DNA of 64,000 nucleotides. Source: Burkholderiales bacterium (GTDB lineage: Bacteria; Pseudomonadota; Gammaproteobacteria; Burkholderiales; SG8-41). Of this stretch, positions 56,302 to 64,000 are shown piece after piece; within the stretch, counting starts at the first letter, position 1; each line of letters opens with the position of its first letter. The translations under genes and the position numbers were made by a program. The notes under the pieces were generated by a model, which had not been told where the DNA came from, ran no database searches, and was given only the letters and a program-made list of their open reading frames with translations. The DNA is taken from contig JAIETP010000002.1 in the NCBI GenBank assembly GCA_019744975.1, positions 4,631 to 68,630 on the forward strand. The letters run 5' to 3'.

Positions 56302-57531
56302 ATGAACGACGTTTCACCTGACATGCCGCTGCTGTTCACGCCCATCAAGCTGCGCTCGATTGTCGCCCGCAACCGCATCGTCAGTTCGCCGATGTGCCAG
56401 TACCTGTCGGACGACGGCGGTCCTGAAGATTGGCAGCTGGTCAATTTCGGCCGCTTCGCGATGGGCGGCTGCGGCATCGTGTTCGGCGAAGAAACCGCCG
56501 TCGAGGCGCGTGGCCGCAAGACCCATCATTGCGCTGGCATTTACAAGGACAGCCATGTCCCCGCCTACCGGCGCATCAACGATTTCATCCGTGCGCAGGG
56601 CGCCGTGCCGGCGGTGCAGCTCGGTCATTGCGGCCGGCGCGCGTCCCAGCATGGTCCGTTGAAGGATCGCGCGGCGCTCACCGACGCCGAACGCCCCTGG
56701 CAGGGCATATCCCCAAGCGCCTTGCCGCCAACGCCGGATGGCGCGATTCCGCGCGAGATGGACGTCAGCGACATCCGCACAACCATCATCGCCTGGCGCG
56801 AGGCCGCGCAACGGTCAATCGATGCCGGGTACGACATCTGTGAAATCCACGGCGCCCATGGTTACCTGATCCACCAGTTTTTATCGCCGCTGTCCAACCT
56901 GCGTACCGATGCCTATGGCGGAAGTCTCAAGAACCGCATGCGTTATGCGCTCGAAGTGGTCGAGGCGGTGCGCGCGGTGTGGCCGCAGGACAAGCCGCTG
57001 TGGTTCCGCACTTCGGCGGTCGAAGGTCCCGGCGGTGCCTGGGGCATCGAGGAAACGCTGGCACTGGTGCGCGAGCTGAAACAGCGCGGCGTCGACATGG
57101 TCGATTGTTCGTCCGGCGGCATCGCCCTCGGCGGCGAGGGTGGTTTGTCTGCGGTTCCCCGCGTACCGGGTTTCCAGGCGGGATACGCGCGTGAAATCCG
57201 CCGCGAGACCGGCATGCCGACGGTTGCTGTCGGCATGATCAGCGATGCGCGACACGCGGAAACAATCCTGCGTGAGGGTCATGCCGATCTGGTGGCACTG
57301 GCGCGCGGTTTGATGGACGACCCGAACTGGCCGCTGCATGCGGCGCGCGAGCTTGGATGTGCCGATCCGCTGGCGCTGGTGCATGCGCGCGAAGCACAAC
57401 GTTTGCGCCAGCTCGAGCAGCACAGCAAGTCTTACCCGCCCGGCAGCGCAGTCGAGATTCCCTTCGGCACTGAAGAACAAATTGCCTATTCCTGGTCTGC
57501 GGGTATCGCTGATCGCAGGGGCCATCGCTGA
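56302..57531 (+). CDS. Old Yellow Enzyme family NADH:flavin oxidoreductase
   Basis: RNRIVSSPMCQY...EIHGAHGYLIHQFLSPLSN signature. Confidence 0.85.
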   Translation: MNDVSPDMPLLFTPIKLRSIVARNRIVSSPMCQYLSDDGGPEDWQLVNFGRFAMGGCGIVFGEETAVEARGRKTHHCAGIYKDSHVPAYRRINDFIRAQGAVPAVQLGHCGRRASQHGPLKDRAALTDAERPWQGISPSALPPTPDGAIPREMDVSDIRTTIIAWREAAQRSIDAGYDICEIHGAHGYLIHQFLSPLSNLRTDAYGGSLKNRMRYALEVVEAVRAVWPQDKPLWFRTSAVEGPGGAWGIEETLALVRELKQRGVDMVDCSSGGIALGGEGGLSAVPRVPGFQAGYAREIRRETGMPTVAVGMISDARHAETILREGHADLVALARGLMDDPNWPLHAARELGCADPLALVHAREAQRLRQLEQHSKSYPPGSAVEIPFGTEEQIAYSWSAGIADRRGHR

Positions 57532-57574
57532 CACGGCTTGCATTTATGGCGTCAACGGTGCTTGTTTAAATAAT

Positions 57575-57594
57575 TAATAAAATCAAATATTTAC
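57575..57594 (+). repeat. AT-box copy (TAATAAAATCAAATATTTAC)
   Basis: Motif family; exact match to WATCAANNNNTTR. Confidence 0.6.
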
Positions 57595-57750
57595 ATTCAT
57601 TTCCAGCGAGGGCATGCACGACAGTGTCCGCAGTGCGGGAACTGCATGGCGCAAAGCAGGCGAATTGCCTACCATTGCCTGCCATTAAGCAGAAAAAATC
57701 AAGCAGCAAAAATCAAACAGCAAAAAGCATTTCCATAGAGGAGTATCACC

Positions 57751-58743
57751 ATGTCAGTCATGACCAAACGCGCCACCGGCATGCTCGCCGCTGCTTTGAT
57801 CGCTGCGGTTTCAGGCACCGTCTGGGCGCAGGCCGATGCCGCCAGGGATTATCCGAACAAACCGGTGCGTTTCATTTCACCGTTTACCCCCGGCGCCGGC
57901 ACCGACACCACGGCACGCGCACTGGCCTCGCATCTCAGCACCCTGTACAACCAGCAGTTCGTGGTCGACAACCGCACCGGCGCGGCAGGATCCATTGGTG
58001 TTGAACTGACCGCGGGTGCGCCGCCCGACGGCTACACCATCTGCCTGATCTCCGCTTCGCACAGCGTCAACTCCGGCACCAGTTCCAAGATGCCCTATGA
58101 CCTGGGCCGCGATCTGCAGGGCATTTCGCAGGCGACTTCGCTGTTTTATGCGGTGTACATCAACCCGAAAGTGCCGGCGAAAACCATCCAGGAACTGATC
58201 AGTTACGCCAAGGCCAATCCCGGCAAGCTGAACTTCAGTTCCTCCGGCACCGGTGGCCTGCAGCACTTCGCCGGCGAAATGTTCAACCACCTGGCCAAGG
58301 TGCAGATGACCCACGTCGCCTACAAGGGCACGGCAGCGGGTGTCATTGCCAATCTTTCCGGTGACGTCCAGGTCGGCTTCGGCACCTTGTTCGGTGTGCG
58401 TTCGCACTGGCAGGCCGGCCGCCTGCGCGTACTGGCGATCACTGCCAGCAAACGTTCCCCGGCCGTGCCCGATGTGCCGACGGTCGCCGAGTCCGGTGTC
58501 CCCGGTTATGAAGTGGATCAGTGGTATGGCGTGATCACCGGTGCCAAGGTGCCGAAGCCCATCGTCACCAAGCTCCGCAACGGCATCGTCGATGCGCTGA
58601 AGCAGCCGGACACCGCAAAACGCCTGGCGGCGGAAGGTTCGACCGCCGTCGGTTCGACACCGGAGCAGTTCACCGCGCACATCCGCGCTGAAATGGCGAA
58701 GTGGAACAAACTCGCGAAAGCGGCGAAGCTCGACCTGCAGTAA
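57751..58743 (+). CDS. Bug/TctC-family substrate-binding protein
   Basis: KPVRFISPFTPGAGTD motif and a signal peptide. Confidence 0.9.
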   Translation: MSVMTKRATGMLAAALIAAVSGTVWAQADAARDYPNKPVRFISPFTPGAGTDTTARALASHLSTLYNQQFVVDNRTGAAGSIGVELTAGAPPDGYTICLISASHSVNSGTSSKMPYDLGRDLQGISQATSLFYAVYINPKVPAKTIQELISYAKANPGKLNFSSSGTGGLQHFAGEMFNHLAKVQMTHVAYKGTAAGVIANLSGDVQVGFGTLFGVRSHWQAGRLRVLAITASKRSPAVPDVPTVAESGVPGYEVDQWYGVITGAKVPKPIVTKLRNGIVDALKQPDTAKRLAAEGSTAVGSTPEQFTAHIRAEMAKWNKLAKAAKLDLQ

Positions 58744-58771
58744 GCTGAAATCCACATCACCGGCTCCCAAG

Positions 58772-59752
58772 ATGAATAAAACATTCACATTGGCTGCCGG
58801 TACTGTGGCCACCGCCATGTTCTTGATCTGCGCCGCGCCGTTGACCGTCGCGGCGCAGTCTTATCCTTCACGGCCGGTGCGTCTGGTCGTGCCGTTCCCG
58901 CCCGGCGGCAGCAACGACATCGTCGGCCGGCTGGTGGGGGCCGGTCTTGGGGAACGTCTTGGCAGGCAGGTGGTCATCGACAACCGTGCCGGCGGCAATT
59001 CCATCATCGGCACTGAAATCGCCGCGACATCGCAGCCCGACGGCTACACGCTGCTGGTGATTTCCACCTCGTTCACCACCAATCCGATCATTCACAAGCT
59101 GCCCTACGATCCGAAAAAAGCATTTGCCTGGGTGGCGATGCTGGGCGTCGGACCGAATGTGCTGGCCGTAAACCCGGGTTTCCCCGCCAAGTCCGTGGCG
59201 GAACTGATCGCACTGGCCAAGGCCAAGCCCGACTACGTGATTTATGCTTCGACCGGCGTCGGCAGCAATGCGCATTTCGGCACCGAACTGTTCAAACACC
59301 TGACCGGCACGAAAATGCTGCATGTGCCGTACAAGGGCGGCGGCCCGGCGCTGATTGCCACGGTGGCCGGGCAGGCGCACATCTGCCTGTCCTCGCTGAT
59401 CCAGGCCATCGGCCACATTCGCTCCGGCAAACTGCGCGGCCTTGCCACCAGTGGTGCGAAACGCAGCATCACGCTGCCCGACATGCCGACCATCGCCGAA
59501 TCCGGCGTGCCCGGTTACGACACGGCCAACTGGTGGGGGGTTGCCGCGCCGCGCGGCACAGCACCGGCGATCATCAAGCGCCTCAATGCCGAATTGAAGG
59601 TCGTGCTGGAAAATCCGGAGACGACAAAACGCATGATCAACGAAGGTGCGGAGCCGATGACCAAGTCGCCGGAAGAACTCGGCAAACACGTGATCGATGA
59701 AATGGACAAGTGGGCCAGGGTCGCAAAAATCGCCGGCATCAAGGGCGAATAA
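58772..59752 (+). CDS. Bug/TctC-family substrate-binding protein
   Basis: RPVRLVVPFPPGGSND motif and a signal peptide. Confidence 0.9.
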   Translation: MNKTFTLAAGTVATAMFLICAAPLTVAAQSYPSRPVRLVVPFPPGGSNDIVGRLVGAGLGERLGRQVVIDNRAGGNSIIGTEIAATSQPDGYTLLVISTSFTTNPIIHKLPYDPKKAFAWVAMLGVGPNVLAVNPGFPAKSVAELIALAKAKPDYVIYASTGVGSNAHFGTELFKHLTGTKMLHVPYKGGGPALIATVAGQAHICLSSLIQAIGHIRSGKLRGLATSGAKRSITLPDMPTIAESGVPGYDTANWWGVAAPRGTAPAIIKRLNAELKVVLENPETTKRMINEGAEPMTKSPEELGKHVIDEMDKWARVAKIAGIKGE

Positions 59753-59945
59753 GACGTGTCCGCGTGCTAACGCCAGACTCTTGTGATGCGTTTCGCGGGC
59801 TAACGCTGTTCTATCACAAGCATTCCAGGATATTGGCTGCAATCCGCCATTACTGGTGAGGCATTTCTTTCCCAAGTCCGTTCTCCCGTGTTGACAGTTC
59901 TGGGTGCCCTACACACAATGCCGGCACCCTCAGGAGGAGAACAAA

Positions 59946-60911
59946 ATGAATGTCAAAAATATCGTTGTCGGGGCGGCACTTGCCGTATTTGCCATCAGTG
60001 CATCCGCCCAATCATTCCCGTCCAAACCGGTGCGCATCCTCGTCGGCTTTGGCGCGGGCGGCAGCACTGACATTGTCGCGCGCGTGCTGGCGCAGAGCAT
60101 GACCGCGGACTGGAAGCAGAACGTGCTGGTCGAAAACCGCCCCGGCGCCAGCGGCATGATCGCCGCCGAACTGGTGGCCAAGTCGCCCGCCGACGGCCAC
60201 ACACTGATGCTCACGCCTCAGACCAGCCTTGCGGTCGCGCCCGCGCTCTACGGCAAGGCGCCGTACGACACCATGCGCGATTTCACGCCGATTACACTGA
60301 CGGGCTACACGCCGCTGCTGATGGTGATCCATCCGTCGTTTCCGCCGAAAACCTTCAAGGATTTCATCGCGCTTGCCAAAAAGAGCAGGGAGCCGATCAC
60401 CTTCGGCTCCGGCGGCGTGGGTTCCTCGCCGCACATGGCCGGTGAACTGATGGCCGCGCAGCTCGGCATCAAGATCACGCATGTGCCGTACAAGGGCGAA
60501 AACCCGGCGCTGGCCGACACCATCGGCGGCCAGATTCCCATCATGTTCGGCAACCTGCCGGTCGCCGTGCCGCATGTGAACAGCGGCAAGCTGCGCGGTC
60601 TGGCCAACACCTGGAGCACGCGCTCACCGCTGGCCAGGGACATCCCGACCGTTGCCGAATCAGGCTTCAAGGATTATGCGATCGCGACCTGGTTCGGCCT
60701 GCTCGGCCCCGCCAACATGCCGCCGGAACTTGTTGCGCGCATCCAGCGTGATACCGCGCGGCTGTTCAATGTGCCTGCGACCAAGGAAAAGCTCACCGGC
60801 ATGGGCGTCGATCTGGTGCTCAATTCACCTGAACAGTTTCGTGATTATCTGAAAAGCGAAGTGGCGCGCTACAGCAAGGTGATCAAGGACGCCGGCATCA
60901 AGGCGCAATAA
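59946..60911 (+). CDS. Bug/TctC-family substrate-binding protein
   Basis: KPVRILVGFGAGGSTD motif. RBS AGGAGGA precedes ATG 59946. Confidence 0.9.
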   Translation: MNVKNIVVGAALAVFAISASAQSFPSKPVRILVGFGAGGSTDIVARVLAQSMTADWKQNVLVENRPGASGMIAAELVAKSPADGHTLMLTPQTSLAVAPALYGKAPYDTMRDFTPITLTGYTPLLMVIHPSFPPKTFKDFIALAKKSREPITFGSGGVGSSPHMAGELMAAQLGIKITHVPYKGENPALADTIGGQIPIMFGNLPVAVPHVNSGKLRGLANTWSTRSPLARDIPTVAESGFKDYAIATWFGLLGPANMPPELVARIQRDTARLFNVPATKEKLTGMGVDLVLNSPEQFRDYLKSEVARYSKVIKDAGIKAQ

Positions 60912-60913
60912 AA

Positions 60914-61786
60914 ATGTCTGACATGCGGCCACCGGAAATGCGCGTCGGCGTCATCGGCCTCGGCGCGCTGGGGCGGCCGATCAGCGAACTCCTGCTGAAA
61001 GCCCGCTACCGCACGGCGGTCTACGACGTACGTCGCGAACCGGTGCAGGAACTCGCGGCTTTGGGCGCGATTGCCTGCAAGTCACCCGCGGCCCTTGCGG
61101 AGCAGAGCGACCTGATCATCAGTCTGGTGTCCGATGCCGCGCAGACCGACGCCATTGTCTCCGGCGACAAGGGCATCCTCGACACCTTTCAGCGCGGCGC
61201 GATTTTCGCCACCGGCAGCACGCTGGGACCGGAGCCGGTGCTGCGCGTCGCGATGAAAATCGCGGCGAAAGGCGGCGACACGCTGGACATGCCGATCTCC
61301 GGCGGCATCCTCGCTGCGAAGGAGGGCACGCTGAGCCTGATGGTCGGCGGCAGCCAGGCCACGCTGGAGCGTGTAATGCCGGTGTTTCGCACTTTCGCGC
61401 GTGATATTACCCACACAGGTGCCGTCGGCAGCGGTCAGGCCGCGAAACTCGCGCACCAGCTGGTGTTCAGCGTCAACGTGATGGCGCTGCTGGAGGGTTT
61501 GTCGCTGGGTGTCGCCGGCGGTGTCGCGCCGGAGATCATGAAAAATGTACTCAAACAGGGCCTCGCCAACAGCACCGTGCTGCAGGTCTGGCAGGACTTG
61601 GGGCCGCGCTGGAAAGGCATGCTCGAAGCCCTGCCGCCGGATGCGCCGCTGCCCAATCTGCGCAAGGATTTGCATCTGGTACTGGAGCTCGCCGAGTCGC
61701 TGGGCATACCGCTGCAGATCGCTGAACATGCATCGCAGGTGGCGGATTCCGGCACAGCGACCGGGCACGACGACCCGTTGATTTGA
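60914..61786 (+). CDS. NAD(P)-dependent oxidoreductase, 3-hydroxyisobutyrate/6-phosphogluconate dehydrogenase-like
   Basis: VGVIGLGALG Rossmann motif and a GSGQAAKLAHQL block. Confidence 0.8.
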   Translation: MSDMRPPEMRVGVIGLGALGRPISELLLKARYRTAVYDVRREPVQELAALGAIACKSPAALAEQSDLIISLVSDAAQTDAIVSGDKGILDTFQRGAIFATGSTLGPEPVLRVAMKIAAKGGDTLDMPISGGILAAKEGTLSLMVGGSQATLERVMPVFRTFARDITHTGAVGSGQAAKLAHQLVFSVNVMALLEGLSLGVAGGVAPEIMKNVLKQGLANSTVLQVWQDLGPRWKGMLEALPPDAPLPNLRKDLHLVLELAESLGIPLQIAEHASQVADSGTATGHDDPLI

Positions 61787-61815
61787 TCCGCGCGTCTGGC
61801 TGGAATATCCCGCCT

Positions 61816-61890
61816 TAATCACCTAATCACCTAATCACCTAATCACCAGTTACCAATTACCAGTCACCCATAACTCATTACCCATTGCCG
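61816..61890. repeat. tandem octamer TAATCACC x4 (61816-61847) decaying into degenerate 7-8-bp units
   Basis: Read directly from the sequence. It ends 5 nt before the next start codon. Confidence 0.85.
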
Positions 61891-61895
61891 ATCAA

Positions 61896-62735
61896 ATGCC
61901 CGACACCAAACCCAAACAACCATCCCCCGTCGGCACCTGCGACACGCACATGCATATTTTCGAACCGGGTTACACGGTATTGCCCGGCACCAACCTGCCG
62001 GCGATTCCCGGCAACACCGCCGAATACCGCAAGCTGCGTGCGCGCCTCGGCATTACCCGCACCGTCATCGTCCAGCCTGCGGCCTACGGCAACGACAACC
62101 GCTGCACGCTGGAAGCGATGAAAGCCCTCGCAGATGACATGCATCAGACCCGCGGCGTGGCCGTGGTGTTTCCCGGTGACAGCGATGCTGAAATCGCCCG
62201 CCTCACCGCCGCCGGCATCCGCGGCATCCGTTATCACCTGCTGCCTTATGGCGGCGTGAGTTGGGACACGCTGAATGAAATGGCGGCACGCGTCGCGCCG
62301 CACGGCTGGCATGTGCAGTTGCAAATGAACGGGGAGGAACTGGCGGGGCGCGAAGCGATGCTCAAATCATTACCCTGCGACATCGTCATCGATCACATTG
62401 GCCGCTTCACACAGCCGATTGCGGCGGACGACCCGGCGTGGAGGGTGATGCGCAGGCTGGTCGACACCGGACGCTGCTGGGTCAAACTCTCCGCGCCCTA
62501 TCACGGCTCAAAAACCGGCGCGCCGCGTTACGAAGATGCCGGCAACACCGCAAAGGAGTTGATCCGCGCCGCGCCCGAACGCATGCTGTATGCGACCAAC
62601 TGGCCGCATCCCTCACTGAAGAGCAATCATCCCGACGATGCGGGGCTGCTGGATCTGCTCAATGATTGGGCGGGGAGCGAGGCGGTGCGCCAGAAAATCC
62701 TCGTCAGCAATCCTGCTAAACTCTACGGATTCTAA
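61896..62735 (+). CDS. amidohydrolase-2 family protein (LigI/2-pyrone-4,6-dicarboxylate-lactonase-like)
   Basis: CDTHMHIF metal-binding start and DHIGR...NWPHP motifs. Confidence 0.75.
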   Translation: MPDTKPKQPSPVGTCDTHMHIFEPGYTVLPGTNLPAIPGNTAEYRKLRARLGITRTVIVQPAAYGNDNRCTLEAMKALADDMHQTRGVAVVFPGDSDAEIARLTAAGIRGIRYHLLPYGGVSWDTLNEMAARVAPHGWHVQLQMNGEELAGREAMLKSLPCDIVIDHIGRFTQPIAADDPAWRVMRRLVDTGRCWVKLSAPYHGSKTGAPRYEDAGNTAKELIRAAPERMLYATNWPHPSLKSNHPDDAGLLDLLNDWAGSEAVRQKILVSNPAKLYGF

Positions 62736-62741
62736 AAATAT

Positions 62742-62761
62742 CAATAAAAACAAATAGATAA
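62742..62761 (+). repeat. AT-box copy (CAATAAAAACAAATAGATAA)
   Basis: The 18-nt run AAATATCAATAAAAACAA is identical to 49719-49736. Confidence 0.7.
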
Positions 62762-62809
62762 ATCAATGCCCAGTGGATGGCAAGTTCGGCCTGCTCCAAT
62801 AGTCTAAAA

Positions 62810-62842
62810 TGGCTATTTTAGCTATAATGGGCCAAATAGCCA
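62810..62842 (+). promoter_or_regulatory. candidate TA promoter: TATAAT (62823-62828) bracketed by inverted repeat TGGCTATTT / AAATAGCCA
   Basis: Read directly from the sequence, 13 nt upstream of the Phd-like gene. Confidence 0.5.
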
Positions 62843-62854
62843 CTGGGGTAATCC

Positions 62855-63205
62855 ATGTCGACACTGACCTATCGCAACAGCCACGGCGAACTAGTCGATG
62901 TACCAGCCGTTGCCGCGACCCAGCTCAAGAACGGGCTGGCCACCGTGCTGGAGCAGGTGATGCGTGGCGGTGCCGTCGCCATCACCCGGCACGAAACACC
63001 CAAGGCTGTGCTGATCGCCTATGACGAATTCGTGGCACTGACCAAAGATCGCGCGCCGGTGCTGAATGATCTGGCTGCTGAATATGATGTGTTGCTGGCG
63101 CGCATGCAGACGCCGGCGGCGCGCAAAGCCGTGGTCGATGCATTTAATGCGACCCCCGAGGAAATGGGGCGGGCAGCGGTGAAAGCCGCAGGCAAGCAGC
63201 GCTGA
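62855..63205 (+). CDS. Phd/YefM-family antitoxin
   Basis: ATQLKNGLATVLEQVMRGGAVAITRHETPKAVLIAYDEF is the typical Phd/YefM N-terminal fold. Confidence 0.75.
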   Translation: MSTLTYRNSHGELVDVPAVAATQLKNGLATVLEQVMRGGAVAITRHETPKAVLIAYDEFVALTKDRAPVLNDLAAEYDVLLARMQTPAARKAVVDAFNATPEEMGRAAVKAAGKQR

Positions 63206-63222
63206 ATCGGCAGCCCTGACCG

Positions 63223-63855
63223 ATGGCGCCGCGCATCAATGTGCTGGCTGGTGTCAATGGTGCGGGCAAGAGCAGCGTGGCTGGTGCGACACTCCGTAGC
63301 GGTGGCGGTTTCTATTACAACCCGGATGAAGCAGCGCGCGGTCTGAAGCTCGCAAACCCGAATCTGACCCAGATCCAGGCCAATAGCGCAGCCTGGCATC
63401 GGGGCCGTGAAATGCTGGAGCGGGCTATCGCTCAGCGACTCGACTTCACTTTTGAAACCACGCTTGGCGCATCAACTATTCCGAAGCTGTTGATTGATGC
63501 GGCAAGGCAGGGCATCGAAGTGCATGTCTGGTATACAGGACTCACGACTCCGGAGCTTCATATTGCGCGGGTACGTGCGCGCGTAGCGCGTGGCGGTCAT
63601 GCCATTCCTGAGGATGACATCCGCCGGCGTTTCGAACACAGCCGTTTAAACCTGATCCAGATGCTGCCGGTCCTGGCTGTGTTGCGCGTCTATGACAACA
63701 GCTTTGAGGCCGATCCTGCTGCAGGCAAAACACCGGCGCCGGCGCTGGTGTTGCACATGGAACGCGGCCGGATACTTAACCCACAGGATTTGCCGCATGT
63801 GCCCGGCTGGGCAAAACCCATCGCTGCTGCTGCCATGAAAATCGGTTTGGACTGA
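63223..63855 (+). CDS. zeta-toxin-like P-loop kinase (COG4185-type)
   Basis: Walker A motif GVNGAGKS in a fold of about 200 aa. It lies directly downstream of the Phd-type antitoxin. Confidence 0.7.
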   Translation: MAPRINVLAGVNGAGKSSVAGATLRSGGGFYYNPDEAARGLKLANPNLTQIQANSAAWHRGREMLERAIAQRLDFTFETTLGASTIPKLLIDAARQGIEVHVWYTGLTTPELHIARVRARVARGGHAIPEDDIRRRFEHSRLNLIQMLPVLAVLRVYDNSFEADPAAGKTPAPALVLHMERGRILNPQDLPHVPGWAKPIAAAAMKIGLD

Positions 63856-64000
63856 AGAGGCCGTCACCCCGGCGCAATTCCTGCCGGTATGGCAGCTGTT
63901 CGTAATGTGGAGCCGCATGCGCAGCATCGGCGGGCTTGTTATACGATGATCATCAGAACAAGCGGATCCCGCCGCATTATCCAGAACATTAACTAGAACC

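Noticed and set aside
59788-59828. Inverted repeat CTTGTGAT-N25-ATCACAAG and a TTGACA-N17-CACAAT promoter-like sequence upstream of the third Bug gene
   Set aside because: The arms are short, the spacer is long and the -10 element is poor. They cannot be distinguished from chance without data.

Overview
High-GC (about 64%) gene-dense proteobacterial chromosome segment with roughly 55 protein genes. I found no rRNA, tRNA, transposase, integrase or CRISPR array. Five orphan Bug/TctC-family solute-binding proteins suggest a betaproteobacterium, possibly Burkholderiales-like (inference only). Gene content from left to right:
- btaA/btaB-like betaine-lipid pair
- an internally deleted pabB remnant
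- a cytochrome c plus PQQ sugar dehydrogenase pair
- intact pabB
- a five-gene translationally coupled two-component/c-di-GMP operon
- a LuxR-type two-component pair
- PhoX phosphatase and a thioredoxin
- two RND efflux systems; one is AcrAB-OMF-like with an AcrR-type repressor and a recognisable operator
- a LysR/pirin/FMN-reductase/YgiD/DedA-rhodanese/nitroreductase/VOC redox cluster
- a HigB-2/HigA-2 toxin-antitoxin (TA) module
- an orphan pyruvate dehydrogenase E1 with an Lrp regulator
- a csp-infA paralogue pair
- sulfatase, dienelactone hydrolase, TauE, and HrpA helicase
- an Old Yellow Enzyme (OYE) plus three tandem Bug proteins, a dehydrogenase and a LigI-like amidohydrolase
- a Phd/zeta-like TA module

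Most interesting observations:
1. An in-frame TGA lies exactly at the predicted catalytic-Cys codon of the rhodanese domain of a DedA-rhodanese fusion. It is either a candidate selenocysteine or a very recent pseudogene.
2. A recurrent AT-rich box of about 20 bp (CAATAAAAWCAAWWASWTAY) occurs at least 11 times. One copy is embedded in frame inside hrpA.
3. Several families of short tandem or palindromic intergenic repeats are present. One palindromic unit is inserted in frame in hrpA.
4. A pabB remnant flanks a two-gene cassette.

All functional calls come from reading the translations and motifs by eye. No database search was possible.
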